The notes under the pieces: generated by a model | Told to the model about the DNA's origin: nothing | The model's input: only the letters and a program-made list of their open reading frames with translations | The model's database searches: none | Shown here: piece after piece, positions 16,823-27,915 of the stretch | How positions within the stretch are numbered: position 1 is the stretch's first letter | How the letters are laid out: the number at the start of each line of letters is the position of its first letter | NCBI GenBank assembly: GCA_035404205.1 | Contig: DAONGQ010000004.1 | Span: 1-53,191 of the forward strand | Direction: 5' to 3' | Source: Minisyncoccota bacterium | GTDB taxonomy: Bacteria > Patescibacteriota > Minisyncoccia > UBA6257 > JAVHQB01 | DNA length: 53,191 bases | Made by a program: the position numbers and the translations under genes

Positions 16823-17647
16823 ATGATTAGTTACAGAAATCAAAAACAAATTGTTATCGGACTAACTACGGTCTTAATTATTTTGGCTTTAGTTCTCATA
16901 GGAAGAAATATTTTTAAACCCAAGCCTACTTGTTTTGATAATAAACAAAATCAAAATGAAGATGCCATAGACTGCGGCGGACCATGTTTAGCCTGTGATT
17001 TGAGAGATTTAAAACCATTGGTAATCGAAAATACGTATATTTTGGATTATAAACTTAAAGGCCATGATTTAGTGGCGAAAATTTTTAATCCTAATACTAA
17101 ATATGGATTAACTGGTATTCAAGGTCATTTTACTTTAACCAATAGAAATGGAGAGGCGCTAAGAATAGATTTGGATGAGCCTTTTTATATCCTGCCAGGT
17201 GAAGAGAAAATAATAGCTAAAACTAAGGCCTTAGCCGATAATAATACTTTTGAGCCAGTTTCAGTTCGCTTTGATGTGGATTCCAATATTTCTTTTTCAG
17301 ACTGGAAAAAGGTTCCCGCGGCGGTCAGCAATACTGGCGATGTCTTGGAACTAGTCGGCTTGAAAATGAAATACGATAATGCCAAGAAAGCCAGTCCAGT
17401 TAGCATTACCACAGATTTGGTTAATCGTTCCACTCTAAACTATAAAAGGGCCTTTGTGGATGTGATGCTTTGTGATAAAAAAACCGGACAGCCATTAAGC
17501 TTTAATCAGATTTATTTAGACAATGTTACCACTGAAGATATGCGTGGCGTACCGACCATGGTTTGGCGAGAGTCCTTGCCTTTAGGCGCTACGGTATGCT
17601 ACCGTAAGGCCCATACCGATGTTTTTTCGGTAGATAATCGTTATTAA
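16823..17647 (+). CDS. Hypothetical membrane-anchored protein with a small Cys cluster
   Basis: ORF 16811..17647 (TTG), with ATG 16823 the likely start. One TM helix, then CFDN...DCGGPCLAC. Confidence 0.45.
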   Translation: MISYRNQKQIVIGLTTVLIILALVLIGRNIFKPKPTCFDNKQNQNEDAIDCGGPCLACDLRDLKPLVIENTYILDYKLKGHDLVAKIFNPNTKYGLTGIQGHFTLTNRNGEALRIDLDEPFYILPGEEKIIAKTKALADNNTFEPVSVRFDVDSNISFSDWKKVPAAVSNTGDVLELVGLKMKYDNAKKASPVSITTDLVNRSTLNYKRAFVDVMLCDKKTGQPLSFNQIYLDNVTTEDMRGVPTMVWRESLPLGATVCYRKAHTDVFSVDNRY

Positions 17648-17652
17648 TTTCT

Positions 17653-18732
17653 ATGCGCACTTCTCTTAAATGGATACTGGGGGCAGTAGCAATTTTAGCT
17701 TTTTTAGGGATTTTAATTATCGCCTCTCTTTCCAGTTCGGAAACTAATCGCTGGCAATTGCTGAAGAAACAGCTTATTTCTTTAGGAATTGCTTGCGCAG
17801 TTTACGGTCTATTTCGGTTAATAGATTATAGATTATTCAGAAACTCTTCTTCTTTTCTCTTGGTTTTTTATTTTGCCTCAGTGCTCATGATGACGATAGT
17901 GCTGTTTGCGGGTATTAGAGTTAACGGCATTTCTGGTTGGTTGAACTTAGGTTTTTTTAATTTTCAGCCAGTTGAACTGGCCAAACTAGCAGTGATTTTA
18001 ATTTTAGCCAAATACTTCAGCAATCGTAATATTGAAATTTGGCAATTTAAGCATATTCTGATTTCTGGTCTTTATGCTGCTATTCCTATGGGCTTGGCTA
18101 TTTTACAACCAGATTTAGGCGGAGCAGCTGTTATTTTTGGTATTTGGTTTGGCATGCTTCTTTTAGCCGGATTACGTTTCAAACAATTCCTGTTGTTAGT
18201 AGTGGTTTTTGCTCTTATTGGCGGATTAGCGTGGTCCTACGGTCTCAAGCCTTATCAAAAAACACGTTTACTTTCTTTTTTTGTTAACGATAAAGATTGG
18301 CAAGGGAGTCAATATAATGCCAGACAAGCTATTATTGCTTTGGGTTCAGGCGGTTTTCTGGGAAAAGGTCTAGGCTGGGGGACGCAAACTCAATTGCGTT
18401 TTTTACCTGCGGCGCAAACGGATTTTATCTTTTCTGCCCTAGGAGAAGAATTGGGATTTGTGGGAGTAAGTTTGGTGCTTTTAGCCTTTGGCATTATTTT
18501 TTATAACCTTACCCAGATTAGTTTAAATTTGCCAGAAAATTTTACCAAATTAGTGGTTACCGGAATTACGGTTAATTTATGTTTGAACTTTGTAGTGAAT
18601 TTGGGTATGAATTTAGGCGTTATGCCTATCGTAGGCTTACCCTTGCCCTTTGTCAGCTTTGGCGGTTCTCACCTTCTTTTAGAATTCGTGGCCCTAGGGA
18701 TTGTTAGTAATATTGTTATTCAGAATAGTTAA
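17653..18732 (+). CDS. SEDS-family peptidoglycan glycosyltransferase (FtsW/RodA/SpoVE)
   Basis: QP.E.AKL, PDLG and TDFIF....EE.G motifs, ~10 TM helices. Confidence 0.85.
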   Translation: MRTSLKWILGAVAILAFLGILIIASLSSSETNRWQLLKKQLISLGIACAVYGLFRLIDYRLFRNSSSFLLVFYFASVLMMTIVLFAGIRVNGISGWLNLGFFNFQPVELAKLAVILILAKYFSNRNIEIWQFKHILISGLYAAIPMGLAILQPDLGGAAVIFGIWFGMLLLAGLRFKQFLLLVVVFALIGGLAWSYGLKPYQKTRLLSFFVNDKDWQGSQYNARQAIIALGSGGFLGKGLGWGTQTQLRFLPAAQTDFIFSALGEELGFVGVSLVLLAFGIIFYNLTQISLNLPENFTKLVVTGITVNLCLNFVVNLGMNLGVMPIVGLPLPFVSFGGSHLLLEFVALGIVSNIVIQNS

Positions 18733-18738
18733 GAAAAA

Positions 18739-19758
18739 ATGTTTTTCTCTCGCAGAAAATTAAATAATATTTTGGGGGTTATTCTCCTAAGTTCCCTTCT
18801 TTTGATTTGGGGCCTTAGTAATTATGAGATTACTCTTCCAGAACAAGGCATAACCATAGATATTAAAGAGGGGGATAGTGTGAATACTATTGCTTCTAAT
18901 TTAGCTCAAGCGGGTGTCATCAAGTTTCCTGAAATTTTTAAAGTTTGGTTAGCTTGGCATGGAGACTTAAGAAATCTTAAGGCTGGAAATTATAATTTTC
19001 AGGGTAGTGTCTCTATTAATAACGTTGCGAAAAAAATTGCTAGCGGACAAACTAATCCTGCCTTTAAAGTGACGATTCCTGAAGGGTTTAGTATTTTTGA
19101 TGTAAAAACGCTGCTGCTAGAAAAAAAACTCATTACTTCTGAAGATAAGTTTGATTTAAGTTTGCTGCCTCAAAGCGAGAAAGCCAATTATCCTTTTCTG
19201 ACGAGCTGGGGGACAGATAACCCCGACGGTCTGCTTTATCCAGATACATATTTTTTAGACCCTCATATGACCAGCAAAGAGATTCTTATTACTATGTTAG
19301 ATAATTTTAGCAAAAAAGTTTATCAGCCCTTACAAACAAAAATAGAGGCTTCGCATTTCTCGTTTAAGGATAACATAATTTTGGCTTCTTTATTGGAAAA
19401 AGAAGTTATTTCCCCTCAAGATAGAAGTTTGGTGGCGGGAATCTTAATAAAGCGTCTTGCTATTGGCATGCCGCTTCAAGTGGATGCTACCATCTGTTAT
19501 ATTAAAAAAAGCAACGGAGCCGCAAGCTGTAACCTTACCGATAATGACTTTCAGAGTCATTCTCTTTATAATACTTATAAATATCCTGGATTGCCGCCCA
19601 CGCCCATTTGTAATCCGAGCTTTGAAGCTATTCAAGCGGCGCTAGCCCCTAAATCATCTAATTATTTATACTATTTAAGTTCTCAGGCAGATTCACATAC
19701 TATTTTTGCTAAGACCTATGAGGAGCACTTATTAAACAAAGCTAAATATCTCAAATAA
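18739..19758 (+). CDS. mltG: Endolytic murein transglycosylase MltG (YceG-like)
   Basis: N-terminal TM, ..I.EG.......L, LAS..EKE, Q.DAT..Y, YNTY...GLPP.PI.NP motifs. Confidence 0.85.
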   Translation: MFFSRRKLNNILGVILLSSLLLIWGLSNYEITLPEQGITIDIKEGDSVNTIASNLAQAGVIKFPEIFKVWLAWHGDLRNLKAGNYNFQGSVSINNVAKKIASGQTNPAFKVTIPEGFSIFDVKTLLLEKKLITSEDKFDLSLLPQSEKANYPFLTSWGTDNPDGLLYPDTYFLDPHMTSKEILITMLDNFSKKVYQPLQTKIEASHFSFKDNIILASLLEKEVISPQDRSLVAGILIKRLAIGMPLQVDATICYIKKSNGAASCNLTDNDFQSHSLYNTYKYPGLPPTPICNPSFEAIQAALAPKSSNYLYYLSSQADSHTIFAKTYEEHLLNKAKYLK

Positions 19759-19761
19759 CTT

Positions 19762-19992
19762 ATGCCATTTAATTTATCGTTTGATTATAAGGGTAAACGC
19801 CAGTCTCTTTCCGTACCTGAAGCCGACCTTATCCTCAACAATCTTGACAAATACTTGAAAGTGAGTAATATAAAGCTATCACAGACTATTAATTGGAAAT
19901 TAAAGGTAGTGGACGATACTAGCTTAGTTTCTAAAAGAGTAGCCCAAACGATATTTAAAACCATTGTCTTCTGGCAAAAGAATAGCCAGTAA
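19762..19992 (+). CDS. Hypothetical small protein
   Basis: 76-aa ORF tightly packed after mltG, with no motif. Confidence 0.3.
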   Translation: MPFNLSFDYKGKRQSLSVPEADLILNNLDKYLKVSNIKLSQTINWKLKVVDDTSLVSKRVAQTIFKTIVFWQKNSQ

Positions 19993-20084
19993 GGCAAGTA
20001 GACGCTCATATCGTTAGTTACAACCATAAAACTTTCTTATAAGTGGCGCGTCACCTTTATAACTTTCATGGGAACAGGTTATAA

Positions 20085-20117
20085 GCCCTCTGTTTTGTTT
20101 TAGGGCCCTTTTTTTGT
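20085..20117 (+). terminator. Possible weak terminator upstream of rpoB
   Basis: GCCCT / AGGGC 5-bp stem, 12-nt loop, then CCTTTTTTTG. Confidence 0.35.
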
Positions 20118-20220
20118 GCCTCTTTTTCATTTGACAGAATTGCTATTTGTTTATGGAATAGGGGACCCCTAAGGTATTTTTTATTAGCCTTTATATAATT
20201 TTAGGAATAAATTCATTTTT

Positions 20221-23200
20221 ATGCAGCAGCTTCTTAAAACAAAAGTTTTTGGTTCTCACAACAAAGCCTTAATGGAAATTCCCAATTTGGTGCAATTCCA
20301 GAAAGACTCTTATGATTATTTCATAAAAGAGGGCATCAAAAATCTTTTAAGAGAAGTCTCTCCTATTAGGGACTACACGACCAAGGACATGAGCCTAGAA
20401 TTTTTGGATTATACTATTGGAGAGCCGAAAGCTACAGAGGACAAATGCAAATTAAAGAACCTGAACTATGAAGCGCCCCTAAATATTAACTTAAGATTAA
20501 ATAATTATAAGACCAAGGGGCAAAACGAACAAAGTGTCTATTTCGGCGATATTCCTTTAATGACCGATAAGGGCACTTTCATAGTAAACGGTGTAGAAAG
20601 AGTTATAGTCTCTCAACTTATTCGCTCCCCTGGAGTTTTCTTTACTATGGAATACTCACAGGGTCGCAAACTATTCGGAGCCAAACTTTTACCTGCCCAT
20701 GGCTCTTGGCTGGAATTCGAAACGGATGGCAATGATGTCATTAATGTTAGAATTGATAAAAAGCGCAAAATGCCGGCGACTATTTTGCTTCGTGTTTTTG
20801 GAATTGAAACCGATGAGGAAATCAAGCAGTTATTTGCCGGTATAGAAAAAGATAACGAAATCCAATACATCGAGAATACTTTGATTAAGGACCCAACGCA
20901 CAGCAGAGATGAAGCGCTTTTAGAAATGTATCGCCACCTGAAACCAAGCGATTTGGCTATTTTAGATAACGCCAAAAACTTTGTTGATGGAGTCTTCCTT
21001 CGTCGCGACCGTTATAATTTAGCTCGTGTTGGTCGCTTTAAAATTAATCAGCGTTTGGGCATTGATTCTGACCCTGAAGATTATAATAATTATCTCTTAA
21101 CCAAAGAAGATATTATTGCTACTCTCCGAGAAATTATAAAACTTAATAATGACCCTGAGGCTGAACCAGACGATATTGATAATCTAAGCAATCGCCGCGT
21201 GAGAGCCACTGGCGAATTGTTGGAAGAAAGAGTACGTATCGGACTTATGCGCTTGAAGAGGGGGGTACAAGACAGGATGTCTACATATGACCCCAAGAGT
21301 TTAACTCCAGCGCAATTGATTAGTCCTCGTTATTTGAGTTCTGCCCTCAAAGACTTTTTGAATACTTCAGAGCTCTCGCAATTTATGGCACAAACCAATC
21401 CTTTGGATGAGCTAGAGTGCAAAAGGCGTTTAACCGCTTCCGGTCCAGGTGGTCTCACTAAGGAGAGAGCTACTATTGAAGTTAGAGATGTTCACCCTAG
21501 CCACTATGGTAGAATTTGTCCTATTCAAACACCCGAAGGTCAAAGCAGCGGTTTGGTGGTTTATTTGGCTCTCTATAGTCGTCTTAATAAATATGGCTTT
21601 ATAGAAACTCCTTACGCCAAGGTCACTGGAAAGAAAGTGACTAATGAAATTGTGTGGATGGATGCCTTTACTGAAGCTAAATATAAGATTGCTCAAGGTG
21701 GTGTCAAATTGGATGAAGCTGGAAAAATAGCTGAAAATTTTGTGGAAGCCCGTTTTCAAGCAGAGCCTGGTTTATATAAGTCCGAAGATATTGAATATGT
21801 TGATGTTTCTCCTCAGCAAATTCTTTCTTTGGCTGCTAACCTAATTCCCTTCTTGGAGCACGATGATGCTCGGCGCGCCCTTATGGCTGCGCATATGCAA
21901 GAGCAAGCCCTGCCTTGTATCAGACCGGAAGCTCCCTTGGTAATGACGGGATTTGAGAGTGTGGGCGCTCGTGATTCTGGGCAACTTCTAACGGCTGGCC
22001 ATGATGGTGAGATAACCGAAGTAGACAGTCAGCATATAGCTATTAAAGATATCAAAGGGGAAGTTCATAATTATCCTTTAAAGAATTTTGTTTTAACTAA
22101 TAAATCTACTTGTTTGATGCAGAAGCCTAGAGCGGAAAAAGGCGCTAAGGTGAAAAAAGGCGATCTTCTTGCTGATGGCGCAGCTATGGAGAAGGGGAAT
22201 TTGGCTATTGGACAAAATTTAACTGTTGCCTTTATGCCCTGGAGGGGATACAACTATGAAGATGCTATTATTTTATCAGAAAAAGTTTTAGCCGATGATC
22301 GTTTTACTTCTATTAAACTGCAAGAATTTGTAGTGGATGTTAGAGATACTAAAAATGGACCGGAAATGACGACACCGGATATCCCTAATGTTTCTGAAGA
22401 CAAATTAAAAAATCTAGATGAAGAGGGTATTGTACGTATCGGTGCCGAAGTAGAAGATAACGATATTTTGGTAGGAAAAATATCTCATAAGGGCGAAACC
22501 GATTTAACTCCAGAGGAAAGGCTGTTAAAAGCTATCTTTGGCGAAGAAGCTAGTGATGTGAAAGATACCTCTTTGGTTCTAAAACATGGCAGTCGCGGTC
22601 GTGTAACTAATATTAGAATTTTGTCTCGTGATGAAGGTGACAAACTAGATGTCGGCACTCTTAAGCAAATAAAGGTAGAGGTAGCAGAACTACGTAAAGT
22701 AAGAGTGGGGGATAAACTTTCTGGCAGACATGGCAATAAGGGTGTTATTTCTATAGTTTTGCCTGTAGAAGATATGCCTTATTTAGAAGACGGTACCCCT
22801 GTTGATATTATTTTGAATTCTTTAGGCGTTCCCTCCAGAATGAATATTGGTCAAATTTTAGAGACTCATTTAGGTTGGGCTGCGGATAAATTGAACTATC
22901 ATGCGGTGACGCCTCCTTTTGATGGAGCAACTGAAACAGAAATCAAAGAAGAATTAAATAAAGCTAAGTTACCAGAATCTGGTCAGGTTACTTTATATGA
23001 CGGTTATACGGGGGAGCCTTTTAAACAAAAAATTACTGTAGGCAAGGTTTATATGCTGAAGCTAGACCACATGGTAGCCGATAAGATTCATATGCGTTCC
23101 ATTGGTCCCTATAGTTTGATTACACAGCAACCCTTAGGCGGTCGTGCCCACATGGGTGGACAAAGATTCGGAGAAATGGAGGTCTGGGCTTTGGAAGGTT

Positions 23201-23427
23201 ACGGCGCTGCCTATACCTTGCAAGAAATGCTTACCATCAAATCAGATGATGTTATCGGTCGCGCCGCTGCTTATGAATCTATTATCAAGGGCGAGGCCAT
23301 TAAACCTCCCCATATACCCGCCGCTTTCAATGTTATTACCGCCGAGTTAAAAGCTCTTTCCCTCACTATTGACACCATTAATAATGTCTCAGGAATAGCA
23401 GAGAGTGGTAGTGTGCCAGAAGCTTAA
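20221..23427 (+). CDS. rpoB: DNA-directed RNA polymerase subunit beta
   Basis: Full set of conserved beta blocks (GTFI.NG.ERV.VSQL.RSPG, RHGNKGV.S, MRS.GPYSL.TQQPLGG.A..GGQRFGEMEVWALE.YGAA). Confidence 0.97.
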   Translation: MQQLLKTKVFGSHNKALMEIPNLVQFQKDSYDYFIKEGIKNLLREVSPIRDYTTKDMSLEFLDYTIGEPKATEDKCKLKNLNYEAPLNINLRLNNYKTKGQNEQSVYFGDIPLMTDKGTFIVNGVERVIVSQLIRSPGVFFTMEYSQGRKLFGAKLLPAHGSWLEFETDGNDVINVRIDKKRKMPATILLRVFGIETDEEIKQLFAGIEKDNEIQYIENTLIKDPTHSRDEALLEMYRHLKPSDLAILDNAKNFVDGVFLRRDRYNLARVGRFKINQRLGIDSDPEDYNNYLLTKEDIIATLREIIKLNNDPEAEPDDIDNLSNRRVRATGELLEERVRIGLMRLKRGVQDRMSTYDPKSLTPAQLISPRYLSSALKDFLNTSELSQFMAQTNPLDELECKRRLTASGPGGLTKERATIEVRDVHPSHYGRICPIQTPEGQSSGLVVYLALYSRLNKYGFIETPYAKVTGKKVTNEIVWMDAFTEAKYKIAQGGVKLDEAGKIAENFVEARFQAEPGLYKSEDIEYVDVSPQQILSLAANLIPFLEHDDARRALMAAHMQEQALPCIRPEAPLVMTGFESVGARDSGQLLTAGHDGEITEVDSQHIAIKDIKGEVHNYPLKNFVLTNKSTCLMQKPRAEKGAKVKKGDLLADGAAMEKGNLAIGQNLTVAFMPWRGYNYEDAIILSEKVLADDRFTSIKLQEFVVDVRDTKNGPEMTTPDIPNVSEDKLKNLDEEGIVRIGAEVEDNDILVGKISHKGETDLTPEERLLKAIFGEEASDVKDTSLVLKHGSRGRVTNIRILSRDEGDKLDVGTLKQIKVEVAELRKVRVGDKLSGRHGNKGVISIVLPVEDMPYLEDGTPVDIILNSLGVPSRMNIGQILETHLGWAADKLNYHAVTPPFDGATETEIKEELNKAKLPESGQVTLYDGYTGEPFKQKITVGKVYMLKLDHMVADKIHMRSIGPYSLITQQPLGGRAHMGGQRFGEMEVWALEGYGAAYTLQEMLTIKSDDVIGRAAAYESIIKGEAIKPPHIPAAFNVITAELKALSLTIDTINNVSGIAESGSVPEA

Positions 23428-23457
23428 ACTTTATTCAAAACGTTTTAAATTTTTGTC

Positions 23458-26400
23458 ATGGACTTAGAATTTAATAATTACAATACTAGTACCAGCAACT
23501 ATAATTTCAATGCGTTGCGATTGCGTTTAGCTTCTCCAGAAGAAATTAAAAGTTGGTCTCACGGTGAAGTTATCAAACCAGATACAATTAATTACCGCAC
23601 CCAAAAACCAGAAAAAGACGGTTTATTTTCTGAAAGAATTTTTGGTCCTGTTAAGGATTATGAATGCGCTTGCGGAAAATATAAGAGAATGCGTTATAAG
23701 GGGATTGTTTGTGATAAATGCGGAGTAGAAGTCACAAAATCTATAGTGCGTCGTGAGCGTATGGGACATATTGGTTTAGCCGTGCCCGTAGCTCATATTT
23801 GGTTCCTTAGAAACCTACCCTCTCGCATAGGGTTAGTTTTAGATATTCCTTTGCCCCAAATTGAAAAAGTAGTTTATTATACAGCCTATATTATTACTAA
23901 AGTTGATGAAGAGGCTAAGAAACAAGTGCTCATCGATATTGATAAAGAATATAAGAGTAAATTAAAGGCGGTTGACAGTGATCAAAAGCAATCTCTACTT
24001 GATGCTTATAATGCTGCCAAAACCGAAGCTAAAAGCATTGAACGCAAGGCAGTGCTTTCCGAGGCTCAGTATTACAATTTATCTAAAAAATACGGACAGA
24101 TATTTGAAGCTTCAACTGGTAGTACCCCTATTTTTAATTTGCTCAAAGATATTGACCTAGAAGCTGTAGCCAAAGACTTAAGGGCGCGTCTTGCCAAAGC
24201 GGTGGGAGAAAGCGCTTTAAAAATTAATCGCCGCTTGAAACTGATTGAGCAATTTATTGCTTCCAAGGCTCGTCCAGAATGGATGTTTCTCACTAATTTG
24301 CCCGTACTTCCTCCTGATTTGCGCCCCATGGTTCAGCTGGATGGCGGACGCTATGCCTCTTATGATTTAAATGATTTATACAGACGAGTTATTAATAGAA
24401 ATAATCGTTTAAAAAAATTGATGGAGCTTAAGGCGCCAGAGGTTATTATTCGTAATGAAAAAAGAATGTTGCAGGAAGCCGTAGATGCTCTGCTCGATAA
24501 CGGCATGCGTCGCAATAGTGGCAGCGCTTTGCAACAGTCTCAACACAGACCCTTGCGCTCCTTGGCTGATATCCTTAAAGGCAAACAAGGCCGTTTCAGG
24601 CAAAATTTATTAGGTAAAAGAGTTGATTTTTCTGGTCGTTCCGTAATTGTTATCGGACCAGAATTAGACATAGATGAATGCGGTATTCCTAAAACAATGG
24701 CCTTGGAGATTTTCAAACCTTTTGTTATTAAGGAGTTAAAAGAAAGGGGATTGGTATTTAGCATCAAGGCTGCCCACAAAATGATAGAAGATGGCACCGA
24801 TCAAGTTTGGGAAATTCTCGAAGAAATTATTAAAAATAAATTGGTTTTACTCAATCGCGCCCCCACTCTTCATCGTTTAGGTATTGAAGCTTTTAAGCCC
24901 ACCCTAGTGGAGGGTTTGGCTATTAGAATTCCTGCCCTTGTCTGTGAACCCTTTAATGCCGACTTTGATGGAGACCAAATGGCTGTTCATTTACCGCTTT
25001 CTGACGAGGCCCAAAATGAAGCTAAGACAAGAATGCTTTCCTCCCTTGGTCTCTTAAAACCTGCTAGTGGGGCGCCTGCTATGTCTCCGCGTCACGAAAT
25101 GGTTGCCGGTTGCTTTTGGCTCACCCAAAATATTCCGGGAACTAAAGGAGAAGGCTTAGCTTTTAATGATGAAGACGAAGCCGTAATGGCGCAGACTTAT
25201 GGACAAATTGATTTACGAGCCGTGGTTAAGATTCGCAAGATAAAGGGCGACATGCAATACAAACCATTAGCCGAAGCTACGGAAACAACTGTGGGCAGAA
25301 TTATTTTCAATCGCAACTTGCCTGATGATTACCCCTTCATTAATCAAAGTTTAGTTTCTAAAGACTTCTCTTCTCTTACTAACAAGTTAATTGAAAAATA
25401 TGGCGTGGATACTACTGCTCAGTTGATTAAGGGCATTCAAACCCTCGGGTTTGAATACGCTACTTTGGCAGGGCTTTCCTGGTCTATGGATAGTATTCAT
25501 AAGGTACCTGAGAAAGAAACTATTATCAACTCCACTGATGCCCAAGTGGCTTCCTTAGAGGAACAATATAATGAAGGCTTGCTCACTAAAGAAGAAAAAG
25601 AAAGAAAAGAAATTGTTCTTTGGACAGAGGCTACGGATAAAATTAGTGATTCTGTAAAGAAATTGTTTGACCCTACCGAAGCTACTTATACCATGATTGC
25701 TTCTGGCGCTCGTGGCAGTTGGAATCAAATTATGCAAATGATGGGTATGAAAGGCCTAGTAGTTAATCCTGCTGGCGAAATTATCAAATTACCTATCAAA
25801 GCTTCTTATAAGGAAGGTCTGAACGCTTTGGAATACTTCTTGTCCACCCATGCTAGTCGTAAAGGTCAAGCCGATACCGCTCTGCATACGGCTGATGCTG
25901 GTTACTTAACAAGAAGACTGGTTGATGTGGCGCAATCTGTGGTTATTAGGGAAGAAGATTGCCATACCGATATCTTTATTGAAGCTACCAAAGATTATGC
26001 TCAAAAATTGCACGAATCTTTCTATGACCTTATTTATGGCCGTTGCTTAGCCGAAGATTTCCAAGAAGGGGAAGTGAATCTAAAGGCAGGGGAAATGATT
26101 ACCAGAGAAGTGGCTCGTGAAATTGATCATTTGTCCAACCCTCTAGTTAAAATAAGAACACCGCTTACCTGCAAATCTCATGTAGGTGTTTGCCAAAAAT
26201 GTTATGGAGCGGATTTGGCTACTAATAAAATGATTCAGCTCGGAGAAGCTGTTGGTGTGGTGGCTGCTCAATCTATTGGTGAGCCGGGTACTCAATTAAC
26301 TTTGAAGAACTTCCATAGTGGCGGTGTAGCCAGAGCCGTTGATATTACCCAGGGTTTGCCTAGAGTGGAAGAAATTATTGAGGCGCGCCCGCCCAAAGGG

Positions 26401-27135
26401 GAAGTGCCAGTGGTAGAAGTTGAGGGTATCGTAGATTCTATTGTCGCCGATGGTCCTTATCATATAATTAAGGTGACTCCTATTGTAGCGAAAGAGAAGG
26501 CTGTTACCAAACGCGGTCGCGCCAGTAATCATTCTGCTATTCAGAGTAATGTTAAAATCGATGAATTCGGCAACTGGGATTATTATTTGGCCAAGGAGCT
26601 TAATCTTTATGTTAAAAAGAACGATAGGGTTCAGCTCGGACAATCCTTATCTGAAGGCAGTCTCAATCCCAAGGTTCTGCACAAAGTAGCTGGCCGGCGC
26701 GCAGTAGAAGAATATCTTATCCAAGAAATTAGGGCTGTTTATAGCCTAGTCAACGAGGCCATTAATGACAGACACCTGGAACTGATTGTCAGACAAATGC
26801 TTTCTAGGGTGCAAATTACCGATGCGGGAGATTCCATTTTTGTCGCCGGTGAAATTGTAGACAAATACCGTTATCTAGATGTGCGTGATGAGATGGTCAA
26901 GAATAAGCAAAAACCTCCTGAAGCTACTCAAGTTCTTACAGGCATTACTAAGGTGGCAGAAAACAGCAACAGCTTCCTGGCCTCTGCTTCGTTCCAGAAA
27001 GTTGCCTATACATTAATTGAAGCTGCTCTTGAAGGCAAGATAGATTACTTAAGAGGTATGAAGGAGAATGTCATTATTGGACGGTTGATTCCAGCTGGTA
27101 CCGGTTATAAAGCCGAGGCCCAGACAGAGAATTAA
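23458..27135 (+). CDS. rpoC: DNA-directed RNA polymerase subunit beta'
   Basis: Zn finger C.CGKY...[21 protein letters not shown] catalytic motif, trigger-loop and clamp blocks. Confidence 0.97.
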   Translation: MDLEFNNYNTSTSNYNFNALRLRLASPEEIKSWSHGEVIKPDTINYRTQKPEKDGLFSERIFGPVKDYECACGKYKRMRYKGIVCDKCGVEVTKSIVRRERMGHIGLAVPVAHIWFLRNLPSRIGLVLDIPLPQIEKVVYYTAYIITKVDEEAKKQVLIDIDKEYKSKLKAVDSDQKQSLLDAYNAAKTEAKSIERKAVLSEAQYYNLSKKYGQIFEASTGSTPIFNLLKDIDLEAVAKDLRARLAKAVGESALKINRRLKLIEQFIASKARPEWMFLTNLPVLPPDLRPMVQLDGGRYASYDLNDLYRRVINRNNRLKKLMELKAPEVIIRNEKRMLQEAVDALLDNGMRRNSGSALQQSQHRPLRSLADILKGKQGRFRQNLLGKRVDFSGRSVIVIGPELDIDECGIPKTMALEIFKPFVIKELKERGLVFSIKAAHKMIEDGTDQVWEILEEIIKNKLVLLNRAPTLHRLGIEAFKPTLVEGLAIRIPALVCEPFNADFDGDQMAVHLPLSDEAQNEAKTRMLSSLGLLKPASGAPAMSPRHEMVAGCFWLTQNIPGTKGEGLAFNDEDEAVMAQTYGQIDLRAVVKIRKIKGDMQYKPLAEATETTVGRIIFNRNLPDDYPFINQSLVSKDFSSLTNKLIEKYGVDTTAQLIKGIQTLGFEYATLAGLSWSMDSIHKVPEKETIINSTDAQVASLEEQYNEGLLTKEEKERKEIVLWTEATDKISDSVKKLFDPTEATYTMIASGARGSWNQIMQMMGMKGLVVNPAGEIIKLPIKASYKEGLNALEYFLSTHASRKGQADTALHTADAGYLTRRLVDVAQSVVIREEDCHTDIFIEATKDYAQKLHESFYDLIYGRCLAEDFQEGEVNLKAGEMITREVAREIDHLSNPLVKIRTPLTCKSHVGVCQKCYGADLATNKMIQLGEAVGVVAAQSIGEPGTQLTLKNFHSGGVARAVDITQGLPRVEEIIEARPPKGEVPVVEVEGIVDSIVADGPYHIIKVTPIVAKEKAVTKRGRASNHSAIQSNVKIDEFGNWDYYLAKELNLYVKKNDRVQLGQSLSEGSLNPKVLHKVAGRRAVEEYLIQEIRAVYSLVNEAINDRHLELIVRQMLSRVQITDAGDSIFVAGEIVDKYRYLDVRDEMVKNKQKPPEATQVLTGITKVAENSNSFLASASFQKVAYTLIEAALEGKIDYLRGMKENVIIGRLIPAGTGYKAEAQTEN

Positions 27136-27165
27136 GAATTGCTAAAATTAGGTTTTTAGATTAAG

Positions 27166-27192
27166 ATAGGGCAGTGTGAGCCCTATTTTTTT
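27166..27192 (+). terminator. Rho-independent terminator after rpoC
   Basis: ATAGGGC / GCCCTAT stem, 7-nt loop, then TTTTTTT. Confidence 0.8.
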
Positions 27193-27222
27193 CTTTCTTA
27201 TCATTATTATTAATCTTGATTA

Positions 27223-27912
27223 ATGGCTATCCAAATGCAAAAAAAACTTTTAAAGGTTGCAGGTCTTAGCATTGCCGCTAGCGGTAAAAATATCTTAACT
27301 AGGGTAAATTTTACTTTGCCAGAAAATAGTTTAACGTTGCTTTTGGGACCTAATGCCGCCGGGAAGACTTCTTTGGCCGGAGCCATTATGGGACTTGATG
27401 CTTATACTGTAAAAGAGGGTTTGATTGATTTTGATGGTGTAAATATTACCAAACTCTCCGCTCCAGAAAGGGCTAAATTAGGTATTTTTCTAGCCTGGCA
27501 AAAAACTCCAGTCATAGACAGTCTAAAAACTATAGATTTTCTTGAATATCTTGATTCTAATAATTTTGCTAAAGAACCTTTCGGTAAAGAAAAAATTTTG
27601 GTCAAAGGAAAAACTTTGGGACTGGGCGAAGAAGTATTAAACCGCCCTTTGGGGGTGGGCTTTTCGGGGGGAGAATTAAAAAAATTAGAATTTTTGCAAT
27701 TGTTAATTCTGCGTCCTCGTCTAGCCATTGTTGATGAATTAGAGGCGGGTTTAGATACCCGGTCATTAAAAATGTTTGCCAAAATTATTTTAACCTTAAA
27801 GAAAAATACTACTTTTTTGGTTATTAGCCATCAGGCAAATTGGCAAAATTCCTTGCGGGCAGACCAAAGTTTAACTTTGAAAAATGGAACTATAGTAAAA
27901 AATCGAGTTTAA
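27223..27912 (+). CDS. sufC: Fe-S cluster assembly ATPase SufC
   Basis: Walker A GPNAAGKTS, signature-like FSGGE.KK.E, Walker B LAIVDE...GLD. Sits at the head of the suf cluster. Confidence 0.75.
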   Translation: MAIQMQKKLLKVAGLSIAASGKNILTRVNFTLPENSLTLLLGPNAAGKTSLAGAIMGLDAYTVKEGLIDFDGVNITKLSAPERAKLGIFLAWQKTPVIDSLKTIDFLEYLDSNNFAKEPFGKEKILVKGKTLGLGEEVLNRPLGVGFSGGELKKLEFLQLLILRPRLAIVDELEAGLDTRSLKMFAKIILTLKKNTTFLVISHQANWQNSLRADQSLTLKNGTIVKNRV

Positions 27913-27915
27913 TTT

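Noticed and set aside
20163-20173. AGGGGACCCCT palindrome upstream of rpoB as a possible regulatory hairpin.
   Set aside because: The loop would be one nucleotide, which is sterically implausible as an RNA hairpin. It is also a single occurrence.
27402-27782. 126-aa antisense ORF inside sufC. Similar antisense ORFs occur at 20613-20975, 26296-26643, 15463-15822, 49283-49654 and 33093-33404, among others.
   Set aside because: All lie fully inside strongly supported conserved genes on the opposite strand. They have no recognisable motifs and are expected by chance in low-GC DNA with few stops.
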